Shown piece by piece: positions 8,783 to 17,847 of a stretch of DNA of 64,000 nucleotides. The notes under the pieces were generated by a model. The model was not told the origin of the DNA, searched no databases, and saw only the letters and a program-made list of their open reading frames with translations. The translations under genes were made by a program, and so were the position numbers. Positions within the stretch are counted from its first letter, which is position 1; the number at the start of each line of letters is the position of its first letter. Origin of the DNA: a candidate division WOR-3 bacterium (GTDB lineage: Bacteria > Hydrothermota > Tepidihabitantia > Tepidihabitantales > Tepidihabitantaceae); assembly GCA_965649165.1 (NCBI GenBank), contig CBFGJT010000001.1, forward strand, positions 139,853 through 203,852, read 5' to 3'.

Positions 8783-10905
8783 GCAGAGTAAATCTTGACT
8801 TTATTTTCAAACCCCGTTCAGTAGCAGTGATTGGGGCATCTAATCGCGAAGGTTCGGTCGGCAGAGCGCTTTTTGCGAATATCCTGTTCAACGGTTATAC
8901 AGGTATTGTCTATCCGGTAAATCCGAAAGCGAAGAGTGTACTCGGAGTAAAAACCTATCCTTCGATTCTGGATATTGAGGATGAGATCGATCTGGCAATT
9001 TTGATTGTGCCGGCAGTGACTGTGCCCGCGGTACTGGCGGAGTGTGGACAGAAGAAAGTCAAGGGAGCAATTGTGATTTCCGCCGGGTTTAAGGAGTTGG
9101 GACCGTCCGGCGCAGCACTGGAGCAGGCAGTACGTGAGCGTGCTCGAGCTTGGGGAATCAGGCTAGTAGGACCCAACTGCTTCGGGATGATTAATACCAG
9201 TCCCGAAGTCCGTTTGAACACTACCTTTGGCAGAATAAGGCCGCGCTACGGTAATATTGCGCTAATCTCTCAGTCGGGTGCGGTGGGGGCAAATGCTCTG
9301 GAGTATGCGGAGGTTGAAGAGGTAGGACTGTGTAAGTTTATTTCTATCGGAAATAAGGCGGATATCAACGAGTGTGATTTATTGGAGTATCTCAAAGATG
9401 ACCCCGAGACGGATGTGATCGCCCTTTATCTTGAAGATCTCGTCAATCCGCCGGAGTTTATGCGTATCGCCCGGGAGATTACCTCCCATCCGGAGCGGCC
9501 GAAACCGATTCTGGCAATTAAAGCGGGGCGTACGAGTGAAGGGGCAAAAGCGGCTTCATCCCATACCGGAGCGCTTGCTGGCTCAGATGAGGCGTATAAC
9601 GCCTTCTTTGCACAGGCAAGAGTGCTACGGGTGGATACGGTAAACGAACTGATTGCCAAGGCAGCTTCACTGGCATATCAGCCACCGCCGAAGGGACCGC
9701 GGGTGGCAATTATTACTAATGCCGGCGGTATCGGGATTATGGCTACTGATGCCTGTATCCGCAATGGGCTGAAACTGGCAAAACTTAGCGACAGGACGCG
9801 GGATGAGCTGCAAAAGGTACTGCCCGCGGCTGCCAATACAAGTAACCCGGTTGATATCATCGGTGATGGAGATGCCAGCCGTTACCGTGCGGCATTCCGT
9901 GTTCTGATCCAAGATGAAAATGTAGACGGTATTATCCCCATCTGGACACCAACGGTTGTTGCCGAGGCGATTGATATTGCCAATGTGATTGTTGAAGAGA
10001 GTGAAAGAACCGATAAGCCGATTCTTGCCTGCATCCAGACGATGGGGGACAGTACTGCGATCAGGCGGACGCTGCTCAAACGCCGGATTCCTCATTTTCA
10101 GTTTCCCGAGAATGCGGCACGGGCAATGGCAACAATGGCGGAGTTTTCCCGGATGAGCCGCCGTCCCCCGGGGGAGGTAATTCATTATACGGATGTCAAC
10201 CAGAAACGGGTGAGGGAGCTTATTGCTCAGGCTCGGAAGCGGCCTAGGATTTATTTGTCTGAGCCGGAGTGTCATGAGATTCTTCGTGCTTACGGTTTGC
10301 CAGTGGTAAAATTCGAGCTGGCAAAAAATGAGGAGGAGGCGGTAGCGGCTGCGGAAAAGATCGGATATCCAGTGGTGATCAAAATCGTTTCTCCTGATAT
10401 TCTGCATAAGACCGATTTTGGTGGTGTACGAGTGAACCTTAAAAATGAAACTGACCTGCGTCAGGCTTATCAGTCGATGCTCGAACAGGTTAAGTCAAGA
10501 AAACCGGATGCAGATTTGTGGGGTGTGATGGTGCAGCAGATGGCAAAAGCTGGCGGTCTGGAGACAATTATCGGCATGAAGCGCGATCCACACTTTGGGC
10601 CGTTGCTGATGTTCGGACTGGGCGGAATCATGGTTGAGGTACTTAAGGATGTGATGTTCCGGGTGGCACCGGTGAACGATCTTTCTGTCGAATCGATGAT
10701 CGGCGGGATTCGAGCACATAGGCTACTTGAACCTTTCCGGGGGCAGCCAGCCCGGGACAAGAAGATTATCAAGGAGTGTATATTGCGGCTGTCACAGCTC
10801 GTCACTGATTTTCCCGATTTTGAGGAAATCGATATTAATCCTCTGCTTGTATATTACGAAGGCGAAGGCGCAACTGCAATTGATGCTCGGATTTTACTGC
10901 ATTAG
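8779..10905 (+). CDS. ADP-forming acetate/acyl-CoA ligase, fused alpha-beta type
   Basis: PRSVAVIGAS CoA-binding domain; ASSHTGALAG phospho-His motif; ATP-grasp ILHKTDFGGV and EIDINPL; start placed at the ATGA overlap with the upstream stop. Confidence 0.85.
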   Translation: MSRVNLDFIFKPRSVAVIGASNREGSVGRALFANILFNGYTGIVYPVNPKAKSVLGVKTYPSILDIEDEIDLAILIVPAVTVPAVLAECGQKKVKGAIVISAGFKELGPSGAALEQAVRERARAWGIRLVGPNCFGMINTSPEVRLNTTFGRIRPRYGNIALISQSGAVGANALEYAEVEEVGLCKFISIGNKADINECDLLEYLKDDPETDVIALYLEDLVNPPEFMRIAREITSHPERPKPILAIKAGRTSEGAKAASSHTGALAGSDEAYNAFFAQARVLRVDTVNELIAKAASLAYQPPPKGPRVAIITNAGGIGIMATDACIRNGLKLAKLSDRTRDELQKVLPAAANTSNPVDIIGDGDASRYRAAFRVLIQDENVDGIIPIWTPTVVAEAIDIANVIVEESERTDKPILACIQTMGDSTAIRRTLLKRRIPHFQFPENAARAMATMAEFSRMSRRPPGEVIHYTDVNQKRVRELIAQARKRPRIYLSEPECHEILRAYGLPVVKFELAKNEEEAVAAAEKIGYPVVIKIVSPDILHKTDFGGVRVNLKNETDLRQAYQSMLEQVKSRKPDADLWGVMVQQMAKAGGLETIIGMKRDPHFGPLLMFGLGGIMVEVLKDVMFRVAPVNDLSVESMIGGIRAHRLLEPFRGQPARDKKIIKECILRLSQLVTDFPDFEEIDINPLLVYYEGEGATAIDARILLH

Positions 10906-10912
10906 AGTTTAT

Positions 10913-10985
10913 TGGAGCTGACCCGATTCGAACGGGCGACCCCCTGCTTGCAAAGCAGGTGCTCTCCCAACTGAGCTACAGCCCC
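10913..10985 (-). tRNA. tRNA-Ala (TGC); CCA not encoded
   Basis: Reverse complement GGGGCTGTAGCTCAGTTGGGAGAGCACCTGCTTTGCAAGCAGGGGGTCGCCCGTTCGAATCGGGTCAGCTCCA; cloverleaf with T-loop GTTCGAATC. Confidence 0.97.
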
Positions 10986-11001
10986 GGTTATAACTGTCTT
11001 G

Positions 11002-11029
11002 ATAATAGCATTATGAATTTCAAAGTCAA
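11002..11029 (-). promoter_or_regulatory. Promoter of tRNA-Ala
   Basis: TTGACT, 16 nt, TATTAT with TGn extension; ends about 17 nt before the tRNA. Confidence 0.65.
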
Positions 11030-11376
11030 TAATTTTCTATTTGATTCGCATTAATTAACATTAATTATTTTAAAACTAATAACTTAAATCTGAATTTGCA
11101 TTATATTTTTCTATTCCCCGGGCAGTTCCGGCGAGGGTGGTAAAAGCTTCCGGTTTTGGGGTTTCTGCGTTATTTTTTTCTTCAGCGTAGCTGAGAGAGG
11201 AACGGTGGGAATGTTGGAGTTTCACTGCTGGATGTTAGGGGAGTCTGTTGCTGGCCGTTAGGCGGTAGGATAGATATTGTATCGTATGGTTTTGAATAGG
11301 CTGCGGTTTTTATGATATCCTATTATTGCAGCTCAGGGGGCAGGATTGGTTAGTTAACTACCGGATAAATGTCTAC

Positions 11377-11404
11377 TTGACAACGATAGTCATGGGGTTA
11401 AACT
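11377..11404 (+). promoter_or_regulatory. Promoter of the lipoprotein gene
   Basis: TTGACA (11377-11382), 16 nt, TAAACT (11399-11404). Confidence 0.6.
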
Positions 11405-11427
11405 TGGATCAAAAAAGGAGGCAGAAC

Positions 11428-11886
11428 ATGCGTTGCCCGATGATTGTAACAGTGCTGCTGTTAGGGGCAGCATTTATTTCTGATACCGGATGTGCTCGGT
11501 GTGGAGCGAAGGTGGGCGAGAAGGCGGCGGAGAAGATGATTGAGGCGACAAGTGGAGGTAAGGCAAGAGTGGATGTGGGAACGGTCGATATTTCCTCGCT
11601 ACCGGCAAATCTTCGTTATCCGAATGCAACGGTAAAGGGGAAGTGGGAAGTTACGACTGAGCAGGGCAAGGGTGTTAATTACACTTTGGAAACTTCAGAT
11701 CCGAAGTCAAGGGTAGTGGAGTTTTACAAGAGTGCGCTTAGTGGCTGGAAGCAGTCAATGATGAGCGAAACATCCGATGCCACGACACTGGCATTTGTAA
11801 GCAGTGATGAGAAGGAGGCGGTATTTATCATCCTGAGTACAGAGGAAGGAAAAACAGTTATCAATCTCAGTCATACCAAGAAGTGA
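11428..11886 (+). CDS. Hypothetical lipoprotein / exported protein
   Basis: AGGAGG SD before ATG 11428; hydrophobic signal followed by GC; no family recognised. Confidence 0.7.
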   Translation: MRCPMIVTVLLLGAAFISDTGCARCGAKVGEKAAEKMIEATSGGKARVDVGTVDISSLPANLRYPNATVKGKWEVTTEQGKGVNYTLETSDPKSRVVEFYKSALSGWKQSMMSETSDATTLAFVSSDEKEAVFIILSTEEGKTVINLSHTKK

Positions 11887-11991
11887 GCTAGTTATAGGGA
11901 TATCGGCTGACCTGCTCATTGACTGTCTCCAATCCCTAAGATAATCGTAAATCCTTAATTGTATAATAAGAGCAGTACTAATAATTTGTTC

Positions 11992-12019
11992 TTGCCTTTT
12001 ATTGTGCGAGATGTATAAT
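11992..12019 (+). promoter_or_regulatory. Promoter of herA
   Basis: TTGCCT (11992-11997), 16 nt, TATAAT (12014-12019). Confidence 0.6.
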
Positions 12020-12029
12020 AAACTAAGGT

Positions 12030-12089
12030 GATTGCTGCCTTCGTGCAGGAATTGCATCCAGCTACTAAACCTGCTGAGGTGCAGCAATC
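12030..12089 (+). promoter_or_regulatory. Structured 5' leader hairpin upstream of herA
   Basis: GATTGCTGC/GCAGCAATC, CTTC/GAGG (one G-U), GCAGG/CCTGC, 20-nt loop; begins about 4-5 nt after the predicted TSS. Confidence 0.5.
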
Positions 12090-12124
12090 CAGGCATTTAA
12101 ACATCTCGGGGAAAGGAGGGAGCT

Positions 12125-13750
12125 ATGGATAAGAACTCCGCATTTGACATCGGATATATTATTGAAGTCAGTGGTGAACGGGCACTAGTGGAAATCAGAG
12201 CAGACACCACCAAATCCCTGGCTGAGGACTATTATCCCGGACAACCGGGTTCTTATGTAAAAATTCCCTTTAGGGATTTTAAGATTATCGGCACAGTTAC
12301 TAGTATCCGGGTTGAAACCGGTAGTGCAGTTTCGTCCAGTGCCGGGAGAAAAGTAGCGGAGTGTATACTGTTGGGTACCTTGGAACACGAGGAACGGTTT
12401 CTACGCGGCGTGGCGGTTTATCCCAATGTCGGTCAGCCGGTGCAGATGGTTTCCAGTCGGGAGCTGCACAAAATTTTTTCCGAGTTCTGTGAGTTTGGTT
12501 TTTCTTTTGGCCGGCCGACTGGTGCTAGGGATCAGCGGGTTTACGTGCAGGTAAACCGTTTTTTCGGTGGCCATATTGCGGTACTGGGGACAACGGGCAG
12601 CGGCAAGTCGTTTACGGTTGTGAGTATACTTCAGCAGACGATTAGAAAGTATCCCAACGCTCACATTGTTGTGTTGGATCTGCACGGAGAGTATGCGCAG
12701 GCATTTCCTGAAGGGGTGAATCTCATTAATGCGAGTAATATTGATTTACCTTACTGGGTGCTGAATTTTGAGGAGTTTGTGGATTTGACCGTGGATATGA
12801 ACGAGCCGACCGCCAAGAACCAGATTACAGTAATAAGGGATTCTCTTCTGCGGGCGCGTCAGGCATGGGATACGCGGGAACGCCTTGGACTTGGAGACCA
12901 GATTACTGCCGATTCACCGGTCTATTACGACCTTGATGAACTGATTGCGATGCTACGCGACTGGAATATTCAGATGGTATACAATGGGCTGGGAGAACAG
13001 GAGGAAGGTCCGCTTTATGGGGTTTTTGACAAGTTTCTCATCCGGATGGATAGCCGGATTTCAGATCCGCGCTATCATTTTATGTTCAAGCCCAAGGTGT
13101 ATGACGGGAGTACAAAATTTCCCGATCTGCTGCGTGATTTTCTGTCAATTGATGCTCCACACCGTATGACCGTGATTGATTTGAGCGGCTTACCTTCTGA
13201 TGCAGTTGGCGTAGTAGTGGCGGTAATTACGCGGATTGCATTTGAATTTAATCTGTGGAATCCGCAGCGGGAACGATGTCCAATTCTACTGGTGCTGGAG
13301 GAGGCGCATAATTATGTGCCGAACCGTCCGGACGGGCGATTTACTGCCGCCCGCAGTGCAGTGGAGCGGCTTGCCAAAGAGGGAAGGAAGTACGGTGTTG
13401 GACTGATTTTAGTGAGCCAGCGGCCGAAGGAATTGTCGGAAACCGTACTATCCCAGTGCAATACATTTATAACCATGCGACTGACCAACCCTGCGGATCA
13501 GGATTATGTCAGGCGGCTCGTTCCAGACTCACTTGCCGGTCTTCTGAATACTCTGCCGGCACTGCGGACTGGCGAGGCACTGATAGTGGGCGATTCAGTA
13601 GCTATGCCGACAAGAATGATGGTAGACCCGCCAGATCCACAACCTGGAACTGGCGATATTCAGTTCGCAAAGTGGTGGCAGAGTGGAGTTGACAGTCTGA
13701 GCTTAGAGCAGGTCATTAAACGATGGCGTACTCGTCGTCAGGATGTCTAA
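12125..13750 (+). CDS. HerA/FtsK-family (DUF87-type) ATPase with N-terminal HAS barrel
   Basis: Walker A GTTGSGKS; Walker B LLVLEEAHNY; EGRKYGVGLILVSQRP; LSQCNT; GGAGG SD. Confidence 0.85.
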   Translation: MDKNSAFDIGYIIEVSGERALVEIRADTTKSLAEDYYPGQPGSYVKIPFRDFKIIGTVTSIRVETGSAVSSSAGRKVAECILLGTLEHEERFLRGVAVYPNVGQPVQMVSSRELHKIFSEFCEFGFSFGRPTGARDQRVYVQVNRFFGGHIAVLGTTGSGKSFTVVSILQQTIRKYPNAHIVVLDLHGEYAQAFPEGVNLINASNIDLPYWVLNFEEFVDLTVDMNEPTAKNQITVIRDSLLRARQAWDTRERLGLGDQITADSPVYYDLDELIAMLRDWNIQMVYNGLGEQEEGPLYGVFDKFLIRMDSRISDPRYHFMFKPKVYDGSTKFPDLLRDFLSIDAPHRMTVIDLSGLPSDAVGVVVAVITRIAFEFNLWNPQRERCPILLVLEEAHNYVPNRPDGRFTAARSAVERLAKEGRKYGVGLILVSQRPKELSETVLSQCNTFITMRLTNPADQDYVRRLVPDSLAGLLNTLPALRTGEALIVGDSVAMPTRMMVDPPDPQPGTGDIQFAKWWQSGVDSLSLEQVIKRWRTRRQDV

Positions 13751-13755
13751 CCGGA

Positions 13756-13772
13756 ACCGTAATAGTTACGGT
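13756..13772 (+). terminator. Possible weak terminator hairpin after herA
   Basis: ACCGTAA-TAG-TTACGGT; poor U-tract. Confidence 0.3.
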
Positions 13773-13790
13773 CTTGCGGTTAGGAGATGT

Positions 13791-13819
13791 TTGACTGCAA
13801 AATGGGTGCTAATTATGAT
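13791..13819 (+). promoter_or_regulatory. Promoter of the mlaEFD operon (probably leaderless)
   Basis: TTGACT, 17 nt, TATGAT; ATG 5 nt downstream. Confidence 0.55.
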
Positions 13820-13824
13820 TTTTT

Positions 13825-14562
13825 ATGAGGATGCTGGTGGTTTCAGCAGAGTTCATCTGGTTTCTTTTGAGGAGCTTCAGTGCCGGGAGAGAATGGCGCC
13901 GGGTGTTACCAAGGCTGAGTGAACAAATTTATCATCATGGGGTACGGGCAACACCAATAGTGGTTTTCGCCAGTTTTTTTGTCGGCTTGACAACCGCCGT
14001 GCAAACAGGTTATCAGCTGTTGGGAATGGTGCCGAATTATTTTGTCGGAATGGGTGTGGGGAGGATGCTTTTGATCGAACTTGGCCCAGTTTTTGCTGCA
14101 TTCATTGTTGCGAGCCGTTCAGCATCAGCAATGGCTGCTGAGCTGGGAAGCATGCAGATTTCTGAACAGATTGATGCTCTGCGCACGATGGCGATTGATC
14201 CGTATCATTATCTGTGTCTGCCGCGTATCCTCGCTACAACCTGCAGTCTTCCGATTCTTGTGGCATTGATGGAGGTAGTGGCAAGTTTTACTGCACTGGT
14301 AGCCGCAGGAACGTTGGGGATTTCCCCTGAGACTTTTCTATACGGTTTGACCCATTTTGTTAACGCCCATGATTTTGTTGGCGGGCTCTTGAAGGCAAGT
14401 CTGTTCGGATTACTTATTGGGACAAGTGGTTGTTTTTTCGGCTTCCGGGTCCGGGGCGGGGCGCAGGGTCTGGGACGGGCGACTACGAGTGCGGTAGTAA
14501 CCGCTACAGTATTAATTCTCATTTCGGATTTTGTAATGGCAGCATTGCTTTTTTCCCGATGA
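13825..14562 (+). CDS. mlaE: MlaE-family lipid ABC permease
   Basis: IELGPVFAAFIVASRSASAMAAELGSMQISEQIDALRTMAIDP; GGAQGLGRATTSAVV. Confidence 0.92.
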   Translation: MRMLVVSAEFIWFLLRSFSAGREWRRVLPRLSEQIYHHGVRATPIVVFASFFVGLTTAVQTGYQLLGMVPNYFVGMGVGRMLLIELGPVFAAFIVASRSASAMAAELGSMQISEQIDALRTMAIDPYHYLCLPRILATTCSLPILVALMEVVASFTALVAAGTLGISPETFLYGLTHFVNAHDFVGGLLKASLFGLLIGTSGCFFGFRVRGGAQGLGRATTSAVVTATVLILISDFVMAALLFSR

Positions 14563-15245
14563 TCAAATTGACGAAGATAAGCAAAATGATCCGGGGAGAG
14601 CCGGTCCTACGGGATGTGAATATTGAGGTGCCGAATGCCAGCTGTTGCTGTGTACTGGGGCGTTCTGGTGCGGGCAAGACAGTTTTACTGAAAATCATCG
14701 CCGGACTCATCCTTCCGGATTCCGGGGAGGTTATTTTTGATGGTCGAACACTGAAGTACGGCATATTCGGAAATAATCAGGAAATCATCAGGGAGATCGG
14801 TTTTCTCTTTCAGCATGGTGCCCTGTTTGACGGGATGGATGTGGGGGAGAATGTTGCTCTACCTCTGAAAGAACGGAATTCCATTCCGGCACATGTATTG
14901 AAAGAGCGAGTGCAGAAGATACTGATTCAGGTTGGTCTGCCAAACAGCTGTCATTTACGCGTACCAGAACTTTCCGGGGGTATGATAAAGCTTGTAGCAC
15001 TTGCCCGCGCACTGATTACTGAGCCTAGGTACCTGTTTTTGGATGAACCTACTGGTGGACTGGATCCGGTTTTCCGTGAGCGGGTAATAAACATCGTGCG
15101 TTCGTTACGTGCCGCCGGAAGGACGGTTGTGGCGGTTACTCATGATCTGGATTTAGCTCGGCAGATTGCGGATAGAATTTATTTGATCCGGGACGGTAAG
15201 CTGCATCTTGCGATGGGAGAGGTAAGAAAGGAGGATTATGAATAA
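14559..15245 (+). CDS. mlaF: MlaF-family ABC ATPase
   Basis: Walker A GRSGAGKT; FQHGALFD; LSGGM signature; LDEPTGGLDP; start at the ATGA overlap with mlaE. Confidence 0.88.
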   Translation: MIKLTKISKMIRGEPVLRDVNIEVPNASCCCVLGRSGAGKTVLLKIIAGLILPDSGEVIFDGRTLKYGIFGNNQEIIREIGFLFQHGALFDGMDVGENVALPLKERNSIPAHVLKERVQKILIQVGLPNSCHLRVPELSGGMIKLVALARALITEPRYLFLDEPTGGLDPVFRERVINIVRSLRAAGRTVVAVTHDLDLARQIADRIYLIRDGKLHLAMGEVRKEDYE

Positions 15246-15981
15246 ACGGGTGCGCGATTTGCTGACCAGTATATTTGTTGTTTTCGGTATTGCAGTGGCG
15301 GTTTTCGGTTACTTCTGGTTTTCTGATAAGTGGAGAATGCATTATAGGCGGCTGGTCACAGTTTATTTCTACGAAATATCCGGTTTAAAACCCGGGGATC
15401 GGGTGGATGTCCTTGGTATAACGAGAGGTAAAGTACTGTCAACAGAATTGACCGAAGACAGTCGGGTTCGGGTTCGCGTGGCACTGGCAGAGGATGTCCG
15501 ATTGTGTAAGAATGCCCGTTTTGCCGTTCGTTCGCTTAGTTATCTGGGGAGCGACCGCTACCTTACGGTCGACCCCGGGGTGGGTGAGCTGGCAGATAAC
15601 ACAATGGTTTTTTATGGCACAAACGAGGTGTTGGACCTTGAATCCACTTTCCTCAAGCTGGATCGGCTGATGAGTGTGGTAAATCCTGATTCACTGAGTG
15701 CGGAGTTGAGGCAAACCCGCGCAGAAATAATGGAGCTTGTTAATCTGAGGCTGATCAGCCTGGATTCGGGTTTTGCCGTTACTAGCCGTAATATCCAGCG
15801 TCTGGCAGGACTGGTAGACAGCATGACTTTGCTGCTGAACCGGGAATCTACCGCGCGTAAACTTTTGACTTCACCTGAACTTTACGAGGAACTGTTGAGG
15901 ACAAGTTATGAACTCAGGGAATTGATGAGTGATATCCGGAACCACCCTGAGCGGTATTTCCGGCTGCGAATTTTTAAGTGA
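15238..15981 (+). CDS. mlaD: MlaD/MCE-domain protein
   Basis: N-terminal TM anchor; GLKPGDRVDVLGITRGKV MCE motif; helical C-terminus; operon context. Confidence 0.85.
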   Translation: MNKRVRDLLTSIFVVFGIAVAVFGYFWFSDKWRMHYRRLVTVYFYEISGLKPGDRVDVLGITRGKVLSTELTEDSRVRVRVALAEDVRLCKNARFAVRSLSYLGSDRYLTVDPGVGELADNTMVFYGTNEVLDLESTFLKLDRLMSVVNPDSLSAELRQTRAEIMELVNLRLISLDSGFAVTSRNIQRLAGLVDSMTLLLNRESTARKLLTSPELYEELLRTSYELRELMSDIRNHPERYFRLRIFK

Positions 15982-16038
15982 TTAATTTGTTAAGAAACGT
16001 AGCCTAGTATTAGGGAGTCTAAATGTAAAAAAGGAGGA

Positions 16039-16614
16039 ATGATGCAGCTAAAAGGCAGTAAAACCGAAAAAAACATCATGACCGCATTCGCCGGCGAGTC
16101 TCAGGCAAGAAATCGTTACACATATTATGCCAGCAAAGCGCGAGATGAAGGTTATATTCAGATCGCTCAAATATTTGAGGAGACTGCGAATCAAGAAAAA
16201 GAGCATGCCAAGAGGCTTTTTAAACTTCTGGAGGGCGGAATGGTTGAGGTCAGGGCAGAATTTCCTGCTGGTATAATCGGCTCGACAATCGAGAATCTTA
16301 AGGCGGCAGCTGATGGTGAGCACTATGAATGGTCTCAGATGTACCCTGAATTTGCCCAGATTGCGGAACAGGAGGGTTTCACGAACATTGCTGCCATATT
16401 TCGAGCGATCGCGGTGGCAGAAAAGCAGCATGAGAAGCGCTATCAGGCATTGAGAGAGAATATTGATAAGGGCAAAGTTTTCCGGCGCGATAAGCCGGTT
16501 GTCTGGCGCTGCATCAACTGCGGCTATATCCACGAAGGAACTGAAGCACCGGAGGTCTGTCCTTCCTGCGCCCATCCTCAGAGCTACTTTGAAATCCTAG
16601 GGGAGAACTGGTAA
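16039..16614 (+). CDS. rbr: Rubrerythrin
   Basis: [12 protein letters not shown]; EKEHAKR; EKQHEKRY diiron ligands; C-terminal CINC...CPSC rubredoxin domain. Confidence 0.95.
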   Translation: MMQLKGSKTEKNIMTAFAGESQARNRYTYYASKARDEGYIQIAQIFEETANQEKEHAKRLFKLLEGGMVEVRAEFPAGIIGSTIENLKAAADGEHYEWSQMYPEFAQIAEQEGFTNIAAIFRAIAVAEKQHEKRYQALRENIDKGKVFRRDKPVVWRCINCGYIHEGTEAPEVCPSCAHPQSYFEILGENW

Positions 16615-17135
16615 TGACGGAACGTTACGGAGTGATATCTTTTGGTGGTAAGCCGGTGACTTTGGTCGGTCAGGCGCCAAGGCTCGGTGAACCGGCGCCA
16701 GAATTTGAGTTGACTGGTAATGATCTCCAACCGGTGCGCTTGTTCGATTTCCGCGGTAAGATATTAGTGATAATCAGTTTACCTTCGTTAGACACACCGG
16801 TCTGTGATTTGGAAACGAGACGGTTCAACACCGAGGCGGAGAGGCTGGGTTCGGATGTTGCTGTTCTTGCGGTGAGTATGGACCTTCCATTTGCTCAGAA
16901 GCGATGGTGTGGGGCTGCCGGTATCAGCCGCGTGCTCACTGCGTCAGATTATCGTGAAGCCTCATTTGGATACGCCTACGGGGTTTTGATCAAGGAATAC
17001 CGGCTGCTTGCCCGGGCGGTTTTTGTAATTGACCGGGATGGAGTGTTGCGTTATCAACAAATCGTCCCTGAAGCTGGGAAGGAGCCGGACTATGAATCGG
17101 TGCTGGCAGCAATAAGAAGTTTGAAAGGAGGATGA
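16614..17135 (+). CDS. tpx: Thiol peroxidase (Tpx, atypical 2-Cys peroxiredoxin)
   Basis: PSLDTPVC; SMDLPFAQKRWC; LARAVFVID. Confidence 0.92.
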   Translation: MTERYGVISFGGKPVTLVGQAPRLGEPAPEFELTGNDLQPVRLFDFRGKILVIISLPSLDTPVCDLETRRFNTEAERLGSDVAVLAVSMDLPFAQKRWCGAAGISRVLTASDYREASFGYAYGVLIKEYRLLARAVFVIDRDGVLRYQQIVPEAGKEPDYESVLAAIRSLKGG

Positions 17136-17136
17136 T

Positions 17137-17451
17137 TTGAATGATAGGGGAGAGATTTACAGCTGTCGCCAGTGTGGTCAGATTATTACACTGTTACACC
17201 GCGGTGGCGGAACATTAGTCTGCTGCAATCAGGCAATGCAGGCTAGTAAGAAGGAGGGGGGAGAAAAGGAGAAAATGATACCAGGTACGAGGATGCCTTA
17301 TTGGAGCTGTACTAATTGTCATTATGTGCTTCAAGCATTGCAGCCACCAGATGTATGTCCTTCTTGCCAGCAGGCGTGCCAGTTTGTTGATGTGAGCTGT
17401 TACATTCCGGAATGTGGATTTTCCGGGGTGGACAGCCGGTTGATCAAATAA
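17137..17451 (+). CDS. Small Cys-rich protein: desulforedoxin domain fused to a rubredoxin-like domain
   Basis: YSCRQCGQ...GGGTLVCCNQAM (desulforedoxin pattern), then WSCTNC...CPSC...C...C. Confidence 0.75.
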   Translation: MNDRGEIYSCRQCGQIITLLHRGGGTLVCCNQAMQASKKEGGEKEKMIPGTRMPYWSCTNCHYVLQALQPPDVCPSCQQACQFVDVSCYIPECGFSGVDSRLIK

Positions 17452-17467
17452 TTAAAAGGAGGATAGA

Positions 17468-17845
17468 ATGACTAAAAAATTGGAAATTTATAAATGTGAA
17501 ATCTGCGGAAACATCGCTGAGGTTCTGCATCCCGGTGCCGGGCAGTTGGTCTGCTGTGGTCAGCCGATGAAGCTGCTGGTGGAGAATACAACTGATGCTT
17601 CAAGGGAAAAGCATGTGCCGGTGATTGAGAAGACTGCGGATGGGTACTTGGTAAAAGTAGGCAGTGCTCCCCATCCGATGGAGGAGAAGCACTATATCGA
17701 GTGGGTTGAATTAGTAGCCGATGAGCGGGCTTACCGGCAGTTCCTTGCCCCAGGTCAGGCACCGGAGGTCCGGTTTTCGGTCCAAGCAAAGAGCGTCTAT
17801 GCTCGGGAGTACTGTAATATTCACGGCCTGTGGAAAGGAGCGTGA
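17468..17845 (+). CDS. dfx: Desulfoferrodoxin (2Fe superoxide reductase)
   Basis: YKCEICGN...LVCCGQPM; EKHVP; [11 protein letters not shown]; CNIHGLW. Confidence 0.95.
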   Translation: MTKKLEIYKCEICGNIAEVLHPGAGQLVCCGQPMKLLVENTTDASREKHVPVIEKTADGYLVKVGSAPHPMEEKHYIEWVELVADERAYRQFLAPGQAPEVRFSVQAKSVYAREYCNIHGLWKGA

Positions 17846-17847
17846 AA

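Noticed and set aside
9667-10407. Long antisense ORFs (e.g. 9667-10407, 29324-29899, 32927-33631, 44114-44812, 51331-51975, 57637-58227)
   Set aside because: They lie fully opposite well-supported genes, show no recognisable motifs, and are typical shadow ORFs at this GC content.
11030-11370. AT-rich then G/T-rich spacer with a CATTAATTA direct repeat, and the 11326 upstream extension of the lipoprotein ORF
   Set aside because: No recognisable RNA motif or coding signal. The true start is better supported at 11428 by its promoter and AGGAGG SD. Short AT-rich repeats are expected by chance.
12007-12108. Outer inverted repeat CGAGATGT/ACATCTCG suggesting a 6S-like RNA around the herA leader
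   Set aside because: The 5' arm overlaps the predicted promoter spacer and -10, so it would not be transcribed. The element is too short for 6S RNA and lacks the SRP motif.
10913-13750. tRNA-Ala next to an AT-rich spacer and HerA as an integrated defence island
   Set aside because: The tRNA 3' end points away from herA, towards the ACD gene. I saw no integrase and no duplicated tRNA 3' end (att site).
15982-16038. PerR/Fur operator upstream of rubrerythrin
   Set aside because: Only loose TTAA elements; no convincing 7-1-7 palindrome and no clear -35/-10 pair.
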